64,000 bases of DNA from positions 125,542 to 189,541 of the forward strand of contig MNCI01002996.1 in the NCBI GenBank assembly GCA_015680685.1. The letters run 5' to 3'. The notes below the pieces were generated by a model. It had not been told where the DNA came from. It saw only the letters and a program-made list of their open reading frames with translations, and did no database searches. Below, piece after piece: positions 13,201 to 26,196 of this stretch. Position 1 is the first letter of the stretch. Each line of letters starts with the position of its first letter. The translations under genes were made by a program, and so were the position numbers. The stretch is from Gnetum montanum. Its lineage: Eukaryota; Plantae; Gnetophyta.

Positions 13201-13709
13201 CATTACAAGATGGAATACATGGCCTATCGTAAGAAATATAGGGATGAGTTTGTGAAACATTGATGTTGCGACATATTCCTTAATGCCATCGGTGTAACGT
13301 AAGCTTACAATAGGTTTGCGAAACACTTGGTGGTTAGTGAGTCCCTAGAGAGAGAAATTGCTATTCCTTCTAGAGAGGTTACATCTGCCACATTTTCTCT
13401 AGGGTTGCTCATATGGACAACCATTGCAAAAGGGAAGACCCTCGCAGGCGTTAATCTAGGAGAGGAGGATTGGGCACACATGACAAAGGAGGAAATCCTC
13501 TGACACCTAGAGGCTAGCCTCAACAGGATACCCCTAGACATGGACGCAAGCCCATCTCAGGTTGGTTAAATTTACTTTATTGCTATCTATTTCATTATAA
13601 TTTCACATGTTATCCTCTTTATTAATTGATTTATTGTTTTGTGTAGGATCTAGGTGAAGACGCAGGGCCTAGTGGAGCAGCAAATAAAGATGGAGGGGAA
13701 GAGCCTTAG
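10228..13709 (+). pseudogene. Degenerate multi-exon antisense gene in the Ogre PR-RT spacer (NIF/FCP1-like, PMD/DUF1985-like, coiled coil)
   Basis: GT-AG, T-rich introns at 9056-10202, 10961-11052, 12102-12188, ~12393-12515, 12660-12742 and 13561-13646. Peptides FREGA*EFLEFLLRHFNVIIWS, YNTIFL..NPPE, FEIIEDLFSNLFGVPFEG, YNWAKYLADGM. Stop TAG at 13707-13709. Confidence 0.65.
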
Positions 13710-13956
13710 CTTTCCATTAATACACATTTAAAACATTTGAAATGTAGCTCTATTGTTGGCAATTTTTTTGTATCTTTTGATGTGGATGTAATCCTAGACT
13801 ATGTATTTTCTTTATAATTTAATGAAAAGTATGATACTTATTTTATCTCTCATTTTATCATTTTAGCTTGTAACTCAGTTGATATATTTCTTTTTTTTCT
13901 CTTTTTTTTTACTTAGGATTTTTGTTGATGTAATTAGACCCCTTGTGGACCCCATG

Positions 13957-14192
13957 CAATAGTTTAAGGCCATTTCAGGCCATCACTAATTCAAGGCCAT
14001 TGTGGGCCATCAATAGTTTAAGGCCATTTCGGGCCACAGGATAGTTTAAGGTCATTTCAGGCCATCACGTAAAAAGAAGTCAGTTGCTAGTTTTAGGCTT
14101 GGGCGGGCCATGCGATAATTTAAAGTCATTTCAGGTCATCAGTAGTTTAAGGCTATTTTGGGCCTTCACTAGTTTAAGGCCATTTTGGACCC
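13957..14192. repeat. Tandem array of ~28-bp unit (ATAGTTTAAGGCCATTTCGGGCCATC-like), about 8 degenerate copies
   Basis: Directly visible repeats between the 3' end of the antisense gene and the end of gag-PR. Confidence 0.8.
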
Positions 14193-14339
14193 CACTTCTT
14201 TTTTTTATGTTCTATTCTTTTTTTTTTTTAGAAAAACAAAAGCATAACTAATGCAAGAACCAAACATGATGCAAACTGAAACTATCGAGGCAAAAGGGGC
14301 TAAAGACAAGTTAGACAAGTAAGCAAGTTAGGGACATGC

Positions 14340-17300
14340 CCTAATCGCACAGACGTTTCCTAACTTGATGTGGGTTAGGCAATGCATAAGGCCTAGGAGA
14401 CACAAGGTGATACTCCTCTAGGTCATCATCTGCCATAAAAAAGGTCAATTCTACCCATAGAGCTTCCTCATGGAGATCACTCATTTTGCTTGGTTAATCG
14501 GCCAAACAACATTGGCTTTCATTATAAACAGGTGGTGTGTCTTGGAGATTTCTACCTACAATCCTTACTCAGTGTCTACATTGTTGATGGCCCGAGGAGC
14601 CATGTTATCATCAAAGATCACAACTTCTCCACCCTCATAAGGTAAGTGGATCTCTTGGTGGATTGGTGAAGAGACAAGCCTTAGTTAGGTTAACCAAGAT
14701 CTCCCTAGAATTAGGTTGAATCCGAGCATCTCTTCAACTGTGATGAACTCTGCATTAGTGGGGAATTGCTCCCCTACCATGAAATCAATCGTGACTATTC
14801 CCTTGACAACCACGCATCCTCCATTGAAGGACTTTAAACAAGCTATTATTGTTGGTCTAATTTGATCTACTAGGCCAAGCTTATCGACAACAATGAATGG
14901 GATAACATTAGTTGTTGTCCCATCATCGATGTGCACCCTACGAATTTTGTACTAACCCATGCAAATTGTTATGAACATGGGTGCAGTAGTTACTTGATCC
15001 TTCTTAAGGTCAACTTTGATTGCTTCATCGTGAAAGGTCAAAAGTGTTAACCTTGGTTCTTCGATTGCAAGCAGGAGCATTATGGCATGGATAGCCCTTT
15101 CCTCTATTGGCATGTCTTCCTTAACAGGAATGGATGCCAACATGTGAACCAAAGCCTCACGATGGGCTAGGGAGGTCATAATTAGATCATATAGGCTTAA
15201 AGTTGTATTCTTTTGTTTTAGAGCCTGCTTGACCTGTGCAAGTGCATTTAGAAAATCTTTTCCACCATCTAGTTGTTTGGTGGTCTTTATCTTCTCCATA
15301 TGTCCTAAGAGACGAATTTCTTGAGGAGGAGGAGACTTGACTTTTGGTTGGACAGTGGACCTTTGAGCCTCGATTATTGCTTGTTATGTATGCATGTCTG
15401 TGTTGGTGACCTTAGATGATGGGGCCATGGGAACTACTAACAAGGAGATTGGCTTAGCGAGACCTAGTTTAGTGCATTCCCTAGCCATCTTATCAATCAA
15501 ATGCTTGTCACACCTCTTTGGGTAAGTAGGTTGTGATGTAGTCCCCACCATCGAACCTTAGGCAAATGGGGGGTCTGCACGTTTTGGCACCCTTATGACA
15601 AAAGGTGTTTGGGTCATTGCCACAACGTGCTGCGGGGCCCTAACCACGAAGGGTGTCACTGGCGCTCGAGGTGGTACCTTGATGATAAAAGGGGCCTGCG
15701 GCCTAGTTGACCCTGAGGCTTCAACATCACCAGAGGGCACACAGATCACAAACGGTTTATGTGTTGGATCTAGGTTATCATCAACGTTGATAGCATTAAT
15801 GATATATCCTACACCACTAGCATTTAATGGGTCCTTATAGACGTTCATGGACTGGTTGTCCAGTCGAACAAGATTACTTTCATCAAGGACCAACTTGCCT
15901 TCATTGATCATGCATTGGATATCATCCTTCAATGCTAGGCAATAATCTGTGTCATGGCCGTACAACTGATGATAGTTGTAGAATTTGTCCAACCTAAAAT
16001 TTTTGGGTACCAAAGGCTCATTGGGCATAGCCGTAGAGGGGTCTCGAAGGATCTGACAATACCTCTCATGGCATTTGTGAGCATCCTCTGACATTTTCTT
16101 ATGTTGAATGCACTCAACACTTAGCAGTTGATCCAAAAGTTCTAATGACTTGATTGGAAAAGGGGTATATTTTGAGCAATCCTTGCACTCAAAGTTTGGC
16201 CTTGGTGGAGCTTGCCCCATGGCTGTTGACGATGTGAGTTGGTTGGTTCTCGCATTGCCAGAACTTGATATTTTGTTGGTATTGGCTGAGGCCTTAGGTA
16301 CCTTAGCCTTCTACTTATTGTTGTTGGGCTTAGCTTCATTAGCCACAGCTTACATGGTGGTTGTCATGGCTTTCCCCTTTTCCTTGTCTCTCTTTGCATG
16401 CACATTCTTGTAGGCTATGTAAGTTGGGTCCTTGCTAGCCTCTACCGCATCCTGTATGATCTTTGTTTGAGCGAAAGCTTGGCTAAGGGAGTGTGAGGCT
16501 AAATAGTATAGCTTTGATTTAATGAAATCATTTACTGCACCTTTAAAAATGGCCAATAGATGGGTTTCAATGATTGGCTCACAAATCTCATTTAGAGAGG
16601 CACTCCAACATTGTATGAATTTTTGCATTGGTTCTAGCGCTTCTTGCTTAACGTTCATGAGTTGATCCAATGTGGCTTCCAGCTTCAAGTTGTACTTGAA
16701 GTAGGTTATGAACTGGCTTAACAACTCTTCTAGAGTTGAAATTGAAGCTCAAGAAAGTGCATGATACTAATCTAAAGCTTTGCTGGTCAGAGACATGGCA
16801 AAGACATAGATAACCGCATGTGGCCACGCTTGTAGTAATAAGGACTTGGAACAGAAAGTGACTAAGTGGGCATTTGGGTCACCCTCACCATTGAATTTTG
16901 TAAACTAGGGAAGTTAGACCTTGGGAGGCAGTGTGAATAGAGGAATAGTAGGGCTAATGGGATCATCCTGATAAAATTCCATTACATGGACTATCTCTAA
17001 GTTGGTTATTTTAAGCCACTTGACCTCCTCAGTGAGGGTTTGGATAAGCTGGAACACTTGGTCCAAACTTAGGGATGTTGCAGAGGGTTGCAACGGTTGT
17101 GTTGTTAGTGGTGTCGTTAAAGCGTCCCACAGCCATGTAGTAAGTTGTGTCATATGTGACGCTTGGTACATTTGTGGTTGTGTGTATTGTGACATCTGGG
17201 AAAATTGAACAATAGGTAAAGTTATTGCTACCCACCAGGCAGTTGAGGTTGAAGTTGTTGTTGGTGGTGGGACTAATATGGCTATAATGATAGAAATGTG

Positions 17301-17683
17301 ACTCATTTGTGATTGTGATATGGGCATGGTGTGCACATATAGCAACATTGGTATCACAAATGTTGGCTACAAAGGCTGAATACATTGCAAGGAAATGACA
17401 AAGGGAAAAGGGGCAAAAGGTCATGCATTCTGTTGCGTACACAAGACCAAGTGGCTAGCTACTGTTGACAAATTTTTAGGCTACGGAAGTGTCACAACTG
17501 CCTCAAAGAAGGCAGAAGACTACGACTATTGTGGCAGGAATGTAGAGGTAGAATGCGAGGCAGAGACATAGAGCAGGATGCCGCCATCAGAATGAGACTA
17601 GAACTCCTCCTGCCCATCTTACGAGGGATGCCAAGTCCTACTATTTTAGCCCACTCATCTGGATATGTTGGTCCAAAATCCAT
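14340..17683 (-). pseudogene. gag: Ogre gag-protease remnant
   Basis: FTKFNGEGDPNAHL (gag), YHQLYGHDTDYCLALKDDIQCMINEGKL, LSLYDLIMTSLAHREAL (Ogre-typical), IDDGTTTNVI..FNLILGRSWL (aspartic protease). Confidence 0.88.
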
Positions 17684-18446
17684 TTGAAAGATTTAATGAG
17701 CAGTATCACCATGCTAAGGGTAGGGAGAAACTCCCTTCCATTTCGGTGAATAATTTCAAAATTACACTTTTCTTTCATTTCCTAGAAGTCCAATGGTAGG
17801 CCCGCCTGAACCTTTGTACATGAAAAGTTGTATCATTTATCATCAAGTATCGTGTGTTTGGGGGACTAGTGTTGCAATCTAAGAGACTACCATTGTGGTT
17901 GCATCGAGCTAACTGGTTGCTCGACGTCTACCATGTGTTGCATGGGTGGACTAACTCCAAGTTCAAGGCGGCAGTTGAGGTGCTAACTAGGTTCATTTGT
18001 GTTACGTAAGAAGGACGTGAGAAAGAGGGATGTTTGCTAAAAATGCTTAAGTATAAAAAATTCTAGATAAAATGGCTAAATGTGAAAACTGTAAAGAAAA
18101 TAGGCCAAAAATGGTTGAGTTTAGAAACACTAAAAAATAGTTATCTCTGTTATTACGCTTGTCATGCTCTAAGGGACTGTTATGCTCATAGGGTGTCATG
18201 CTCTACAAAACACTTAGAGCTTGATGTAGTAAATAGTCTGGGCTTTCCATTCTACAGGGTTCAAGGGAACCGTTAACTGGGACCAATCTACACCAACCAG
18301 AACATAGACAACTCCTGCGCTAGCCTATAATCCAGCTATTGCCGTGGCAAGTCCACAGGGGTGTTATGTCTATGCTAGCTTGTTACTAGTGATGAGGGTA
18401 CAAAAAGCACGTGGGACTACCCATGGCACATAGAAGGAATGGGGGG

Positions 18447-18463
18447 CCCTCCTTCTGGCACCA
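18447..18463 (-). promoter_or_regulatory. Primer-binding site, Tat/Ogre-type
   Basis: TGGTGCCAGAAGGAGGG, a few nt after the LTR end ...ATGTCACA. Confidence 0.75.
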
Positions 18464-18468
18464 ACAAC

Positions 18469-20344
18469 TGTGACATATAAAAATGTCGGTGGCCAAAACA
18501 CCAAGAGGTTGATGGGTGTAGAGCCTAACCCCAAATCTATGGGAGGGTCATGCTGGGAAAAATGGAAATGAGGTACCCTAAATAGTCTAGTCGATCAGAT
18601 AGGGAGTTACATAGTGTAACAATAACTATTTGTGAGCAGAGTTTTAGTGAGCTTCGTGTAGGAGCCGAGACAACGAGCAAGAAAAAAATATAACGTAACG
18701 TAAATATGTGAATACGTATTGATAGTAGAAGAAGGCACAAAAAGTAAATGCTAAGAAATTTGAAACAAATGCTAAGAATATAGAACCAGAGTTCAAGGGT
18801 GGAGGAATGCACTACTTGAAGATCGAGACATGCAAATTTTGATTCAATAATGTTTGAAGCTAGTACACAGTGTTAGACAGGTATAGCGGCAGTGTAGTGG
18901 TGAGGTCACAATCTCTCGGTTGTCATGGACGTGGTGCTGGCAGCTGCAAAGGAGGTTGGACCTGCCAAGATTACAGTCGTCATGATGTGCTGGTGCAAGA
19001 AAGACTATGTCATAGTACTCAACCAGGTGTCAAGCTCGAGTGCTCAAGTGCGAGAGTGATGAAGATGCTAAGAGTGCTCTAATGCTTGATGCTTAAGATG
19101 ATTTTACTGATCAACACTTAAAATGTTGATTATTAGGGTATTTATAGAGCTAGGATTGACGTGAGATGCAGACTAGATGCCATGTGGCCTGGGTCCCATG
19201 TAGCATGAGCATGGACAAGTCACATTGACATGTTACGCTCAAAGTGTCAATCTCTAAGTGTTAAGCTCAAAGTATAATGCTCTGTAGGACAAAAATATGA
19301 ACTAAGAATATGCCAAACTGTGACCACACTGCCTGGACTGCATGTGCCAAAGTCTAAAGGACCACCATGTACCTACAAATAATGCTAAGACAAATGCAAC
19401 TTGGACTCTATGCTCCGAGACTACATCTTCCCACTCTTTCGAGCAAGGTCAAATGTAGGGACAATTTTGGGCATCAATGGGGGGGGGGGGGGGGGGTGTA
19501 AAAACAAAGCAAATTGTTGATCTTGGCCATCAGAGGGACATCAAAGCTGAAATTAAGGTCGATGCCAAGTTTTGGGAGCTTCTAGAGGCATTTCCCAAGT
19601 GTCACGCTATCTATGCTGCATAGCATGACGAAGCATAGCATGAACACTTAGAAAATTTTTGCATATTTTGACTTATCATGTTGTTTACACTGCGTAGCGT
19701 AGTAGAGCATAGCACAAGTACTTTGACAAAATTTGCCAAAATTTACAATCTTTCTTCATGGCGCGCTAACCATACTTTGAGGTATAGTAGAATAGGTAGC
19801 CTTGGAAATTAGAAAATTACCAAATGCATCTTCCATGTCTAGATAGCTTGAAGGATTCATGTTCAACACTTAGAAAAATTTCACCCTGAAACCTATGTAG
19901 CATAGCAGAGCATGACAAGCCCAAAAGATAGAAAATTTTCCAAACTGTTTCGTCCATCCTAAGCACTTTTAACAACCTCTAGCATCGTACTTGAGTGGAC
20001 TGGCAACTGAGACATGTGTCAAGCTGGGTAAGCCAGAGAGCATAGTGAGCTTGACAATCTGGGAGAGAAAATTTGCCAAACTATTTGGTCCATCCCTAGT
20101 GACCCTTGATTGCTTTTGGCCTAACATTTGTGCAAACTAGCCATGGAAGTGTGTGCTACACTGGTTGTGCTATGGAGCGTAGCAGGCAGACTTAGAAAAT
20201 TTTTGCAAAAGTCAAGACTTCCAGTGTGTTACGCTATCTACACTAGACAATATAACACCAAACTTAGAAAAATTTTGCCCAAGTCTTGACACTTAGACAA
20301 ATCTATCATTGAACATGCAAGAGCCTAAAATTAGTGGTGTTTCA
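18469..20344 (-). repeat. 5' LTR of the Ogre element
   Basis: Starts TGAAACACCACTAATTTT (minus), ends TCACA, TATA near 19139, adjacent PBS. Confidence 0.75.
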
Positions 20345-23300
20345 ATGTTCACGATCACTATTTTGTTCTTTGGATGAGTCGGCAATCTTTATAGCAATTT
20401 GAAATTTTTCATCCAAAGAGTTCCATAATTCGTTAGCCTTTACTGAGATATTAGAAACATATTTTTGTATGGGTAAGGTTTTTTTATTTACCACCTTGTC
20501 AAGTCATGCATCTTGCTCATCATAGAATCAAACCTCCCTTTTTCTTATGGAAGAGTCCCTATTATACTCTTCTGCACTTTCTCTTTTTTACAACTCACCT
20601 TCTTCTTTCGCTACCTACTCTATAACCCTTTAGATTTGATGAGCTCTTAATTCAGATAGTCTCTCTTAGGCATAAACCACAAGAGTTCTTATAGCTTCTA
20701 CTCTAAGCCCATCTATGATGTGGTGGAGTTGCTTCCTTTGAGAATAATCATGGCCAAAGCATTAATGTAAGAGAATAATACCTGGCCATCGTGGCATCCA
20801 AGGGTTCATGTGTTCCCTGTTTCTAGCCTTGGATTTGCCTTCTTAGGTTGCAAACTCTGGAGTACGTTTGGTATTTATCATTAAATAGTTCCAACATGGT
20901 ACTCCATCTGCGAATGGATCCCAACTCCAAGGACCAGTACTAACTTTTAGCTTCCTTAATGAGTGTCCTAGGGAATAGCTTGAATTTTTGCCAATCATTT
21001 TCAATGTTTTGTAAGACACAGGCATCATGGAAAGCTTGTAGATGTGTTTGCGGATCAGAATTATATCCCCCCTCAAATCTTGGGACATTATTCATGTCTA
21101 AGCACTTGATTTGACTATTTTTCACATGCTTGGTGATGAGACGTGATATCGCATGCACCGCGATATTGCGTACGCGATATCGTGGCCGTCATGATATCAC
21201 ATCCCATGCAATATCGCGTACGCGATATCGCATCGTCCCCTACGATATCGCGGTCCACCACCAAATCTATAAATAAGAGGCAGCACTCCCCTCATTTCTC
21301 ATCCTAGGCTTAAAGTAGGGAAACTGTAGCAGTTTGATCACTCCAGAGATAGAATATTTTCCATGTGCCCGCAGTAGGAGTCCCCAAGTGAACGGATCTT
21401 TATTCGAGCAGCTTTGTACCTGAACGCAAGTTGTGTACGGTAATAAAGACGAGCTTTGTGGATAAACCTTGCAGTGCATGGAATAGGATTTATTACTTGT
21501 TATTTATTACATGTTATTTATTACCTGCATTAGCACAGCATGAGTACGACTTGATTACGAGCATTGACGAATGTGTACGGCTAATCAAGGAATCGGCTAC
21601 TCATCACGATTAGTCTCTCTCATCCTTATCTCCTAGAATGTGAGATCAGTATGACTTGATTATGAGCATATACGAATGTGTACAGCTAGTCAAGGAATCA
21701 GCTGCTCATCACGTTTAGGCTGGTTAAGTGCCTCAGTACGACCACTTCGAGCACGTGTGTTATGTGTGGTGATCCTAGTAACGATTAGCATTTGGTAGCC
21801 ACATTTGCATAGTTCAGGGTGTGTATGGTAAGTGGGAACGGATGCTGATGCTAGTTAATTTAGACTTAGTCCTTAGTTAGAGTTAGTTAGCTCTCTCAAC
21901 CCTTCACCTTCATAGCATAGGAGAAAAACCATAAAAGACCATAAAAATCATGTACCTCGGACTTACTTAACCATACACCGTGACAACAACAAGTAAGTCT
22001 GGAAAGACAATGAATGATTAACCCCAAGTGTTCCATGGGGCATTTAGGTATTTAGTCTGTAGAGTTCGACCGAATCGCGCGTGCTACGCTCGTTTCGTAT
22101 GGTTGAGTGAAGGGGTACCTCGCCACTCATCACTTGGTTAGAATCTTAATTACCTCTACAATGTTAAGCATGCTTCAAGTAGCCAACAGAGGCTCATCAT
22201 CATCATTATTATGTTGTCTTCGATGATGTTCTCTGTTACCTCAATGTTCTTAGCAGGTTCGATGATCATTGTTGTCTCATTGATCATCTTCATCATGATT
22301 ATTTCTACAGTAACTACTATGAGAACCAACAGATGAAGATGAATGTTTGAAATTGAATGAAGAGGATGAAGGGGAAGGTGGACTACCACTGCCACCATGG
22401 TATCCACCACCACCTCTTCGCTCATTACGACCACCATCCTTGGGTCCCTTACCATCATGATGCTTACAAAAGTTCCTACCTTGACTGTTACGTTTTCCTA
22501 AACCTGGTTTATGAATAGTGGATCGTAGGTTCAGGGTCACACCCTCATCACTAGCAATAAAGGGTGGAGAATCTTCATGTTGGAAACCCTCAAGAAGAGG
22601 ATCCACATTATCATCTTCATTTAGTAGGAACAAAGGGTTAGTGAAGTGTTTCCCCTTTGTAAACTTGTGGTGCTTTCCCTAGTGTCAATCTCTTCTACAT
22701 TTTGTTTTAGTGGGATGCTAGTCTCAAGTGTCATAACCATTCACAACATATTCTTCGTGAATATTTGGGACACCCAACTTTTTAAGAGTTTGAAAGAGCA
22801 TCTATGGCATAGATCGATCAGGAGGCAATACGATGTTGCCCTCCATATCATGCCATCACAATTGTTCATCCTAATGTAGGATGAAGATGAAGTCCAGTAC
22901 ATACTCATTTGGATGAGTATATACCACTTTGCACTATTGTGGGACCAACAGTTTGACATCTTCATGCATGTGGGAAAAGTCCTTAGCAATGGCGCTAATG
23001 ATGAGTGACAAGATACCCCTATGTCCAACCATACAAATCATAAAGCATTCACATGCGATCCAGTTGAATTCCGTGGACTTTATAGTTTTTGATGCACTAG
23101 TCTTCTAGGCAGTGAACCTTTCCCTAAGGTTGTTCATTGTCTTCTTGATTACACTTATGAAGTACAAAGGTATGGTTAAGTGAAATCAAGGCATATGATT
23201 GTTATCATTTTATATTTTATGTTCTTTAGTGCTTTGTAGAGAGAGATAAAGTAGTTTAATGACTGATCTAAATTAACTAACTAACTAATCTCTAACTGAT

Positions 23301-23883
23301 CCTAACATAAGCATCCAGTCCCACTATTCATACACATCCTAAACCCACATATCCACTGCTTGGTGACCAAGCACTATGCCATTGGGCACACCAAGCAATA
23401 ATGCTATTGGGATTACCAAGCGAGTACGTGTTACGCTTGAAGCGATCGTACTTATGTATTTAATCCATCTAGCTTATCTCACTTAATTAGGTTAATTACT
23501 GTAAAACATTAGATAATTAACTGAAAGCATTAAATGCATAAATAAATATCTAAACTATCTAGAATGCTGCAAGGTTTATCAAGAATTTCATCTTTATTGT
23601 CGTACATACTGTCATGCTCAAGTACAATAATGCTCAAATAAAGATCTATACACTCAATGACTCCTGCTATGGGCAATCGGGAAAAATATTCTAACTTTCA
23701 AATAGACAAATTACAAGAGCTCTACTACTACTATGAATCGAATGCCATAAATGTGGCTAGTGAGCATGTATTTATAGCAAAAAATAGACCCTACGTCGAC
23801 GGGGCCATGTCGATGTAGCAAATGATGCATTAATAGGGCTACATCAATGAGGCCTCATCAATGTAGCTAATTGTAACCCATCG
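20345..23883 (-). mobile_element. Athila-like element B (5' LTR 22999-~23883, degenerate PBS 22980-22997, leader domain, gag)
   Basis: gag DMNNVPRFEGGYNSDPQTHLQAFHDAC..KFKLFPRTL, leader homologous to element C, PBS TAGCGCCATTGCTAAGGA. Interrupted by Ogre (20344) and a solo-LTR (21134-22132). Confidence 0.8.
21134..22132 (+). mobile_element. Solo-LTR, Athila-like (999 bp)
   Basis: TGATGAG..CTCATCA, TSD CTTGG on both sides, TATAAATA near 21268. Closely similar to the LTR at 63556. Confidence 0.92.
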
Positions 23884-26196
23884 ACATGGTTTCTTTTTCA
23901 TGAAAGACGTAGCGAGTCCACATCATCTACCCATAAAAAAAACTCTATGGTATTCCTTGTTTTGGAAATATGATGTCCCTTCCTTAATAAGACTTTTAAC
24001 GAACTTGTGACCTTAGTAGTCTCCAAACTTGGAAAGGATTAAATGAATTGATACGGGTGTGACTTCAAGGGGATTCGATACTCTTTGTACTTGCCTACCC
24101 TCTTGAGTGCATGAGTGTTTTCATGGATTTCTCATCATTCTACTATTGACCAATAATAGGAAGCTAAAAGTCTTTGCATGGTGTGGCTCCGATCCAAAAA
24201 TCATAAAAATATAAACTTAAAAAAATGATGGTAATTCAAAGCATACCCCTTAGACTCAATAATGAGCTACAAGCACTAGTTATGGGACTAGAAAGACATG
24301 TTACCCATGCATGAAGGTCTCCTCTAACTAAAGCCCTTTCTCACTTTCTACTTCTCTTTTCTTCTCTTTAAGGAATGTTGATTGATTTGTGGGAGCATTC
24401 TTGTGTCTTGAGGGGGTGGACTAGTCTGAGAGTATCGATGCAAAGTCACTAGAAGTGGTTGATTTTGATCTAGACTAAGGATGAACTTTATCAGGTCATC
24501 TTAACCATAAGATTCATAAGGAACTTCATGTAACCACAATTCGAGACTCCATTCCACCTTCTCTTTCATCTACTACAACTTCCCATAATTCACTTCACTA
24601 CTAATTTTTCATGGTTTTGTTCAATGTCCTAGTTTGATGTGTTAAAATTCTTAGGTAGGTTCTTACAAGATTTTGTCCTTAACTTTCCATGACCATTAAT
24701 CAACCATGGGGCCCATGAACTCTTTGGTTTGAAGGTATGCAAGGGCATGAGCCTGATTTGGGGAGGATCCACTTAGATACCTCTTGCTTGGGCTAGTTAT
24801 GTTCTTTATCCTTAGGCATTTTTGCAATCAAATCCTTTGTGTGCCCATTGGTGACATCTAATTGTGCACTCCTTCATAGTGTTCTTTAATGAAAACCTTT
24901 CTTTTTTGTGAAATATTTAACCCTCTTCAAGCATTTCATCTTGTTCATGGCTTTTCTGGCTCTTCAAGAACATCATGTTGTGTCAAAACTCTTTTATTTT
25001 TTTCCTTATCTTTAATGTTAAAAATTTTTAGAGCCTAGAACCTTTCATAGCCCATAACTTTCCAATCGCTTGTTTGATTTACATCATTTTTTTAGTCTTA
25101 CCGCTATTGGAGGTAAGCTCTACGTTGTGGGGGTCACCTTTTGGCAATTTTTTTTTTCCAAAATTTCTCTCACTTCCACAAGGGTCTAATGAATAAAATA
25201 ACATTATAGTCATCAATATATGAGGTTAAATGCTTTCAACAAACTCTGGTGGCCACATAAATCAAATAATATTAAAATAATCGATATACCATAATCACAA
25301 CTTAACCAAGTGTAATTGTCCAAGAGAGACAAGGTACCTATATGTTATAAGTTACCCATCACATGCTAATCCTTAATTCTATTGTGATCATAGATGGAAC
25401 CAAAAGGGAAGCATGGATTAGAAGCAGGATTGTCTCAACTTAGGGACAAGCGGCCTAGAGCAAGAAGGAGTTAATAACCTAAATAACCCTAGGAGTAGGT
25501 AATAAAAGCCCATGCAATAGGACCTCTTTGAGATCATTTAATCTTTTCTCTCGTTTTCATGCTGCCAGAGGGATTTGGATGTCAATTTTTACCAAGGTGT
25601 TCAATTTTATTGTCATGAATAGCAAATTTTATAATAGATTGTAAATCCATACACTTGAGCACTTAGTGTTTGCTTGTTTGGTCTAAGTCAATTTGTGTGT
25701 CACTTAGTGAGTCAGTAATCCCAGACCTTCCTAATATTTTGTAAAGAACTTGTTTCTCTTTTTGTTCACTGAAGGAAGAGTTTTTATTTAGTCATGGGGG
25801 TATGATGAATTATTTTTTGCTTAGGTGCCAACATTGAATCCTTAATATCGGAGCCTCACTATCCAATCACATGCTATGTTATTGAATATTTGATATCACG
25901 AGATGTGTGCCTTCCTATAAATATAACACTCAAATGCATGATTCATTCATTTCATTCCCTGGTCATAGCAAAGCTCTTGTAGTTTATTTTCTCCAGAGTT
26001 AAAATATTTTCTGAGTGCCTACAGTAGGAGTCAAAAAAATATACAGATCTTTATCCGAGCACTGATGTACCTAAGCACGATAGTATGAACAACAATAAAG
26101 ATGAGCTTTTTTGGTTAAGCCTTGTGGCACTTAAAATAGATTAACGTTTTCTTTATGCATTTAATAGTCAAGCAATTTACTTTAATGTTTATAAGT

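Larger units (their letters stand above)
6204..20344 (-). mobile_element. Ogre/Tat-lineage Ty3/gypsy retrotransposon (5' LTR-PBS-gag-PR-6 kb spacer-RT-RH-aRH), truncated by element A
   Basis: Domain order and motifs listed below. LTR 18469-20344, Tat-type PBS. Inserted in the gag of Athila-like element B at 20344/20345. Confidence 0.88.

Noticed and set aside
23884-23950. Apparent LTR end CATCA plus a PPT at 23925, suggesting tandem elements sharing an LTR
   Set aside because: The sequence aligns with the 3' internal region of element C, so it belongs to the plus-strand host and the LTR ends near 23883.
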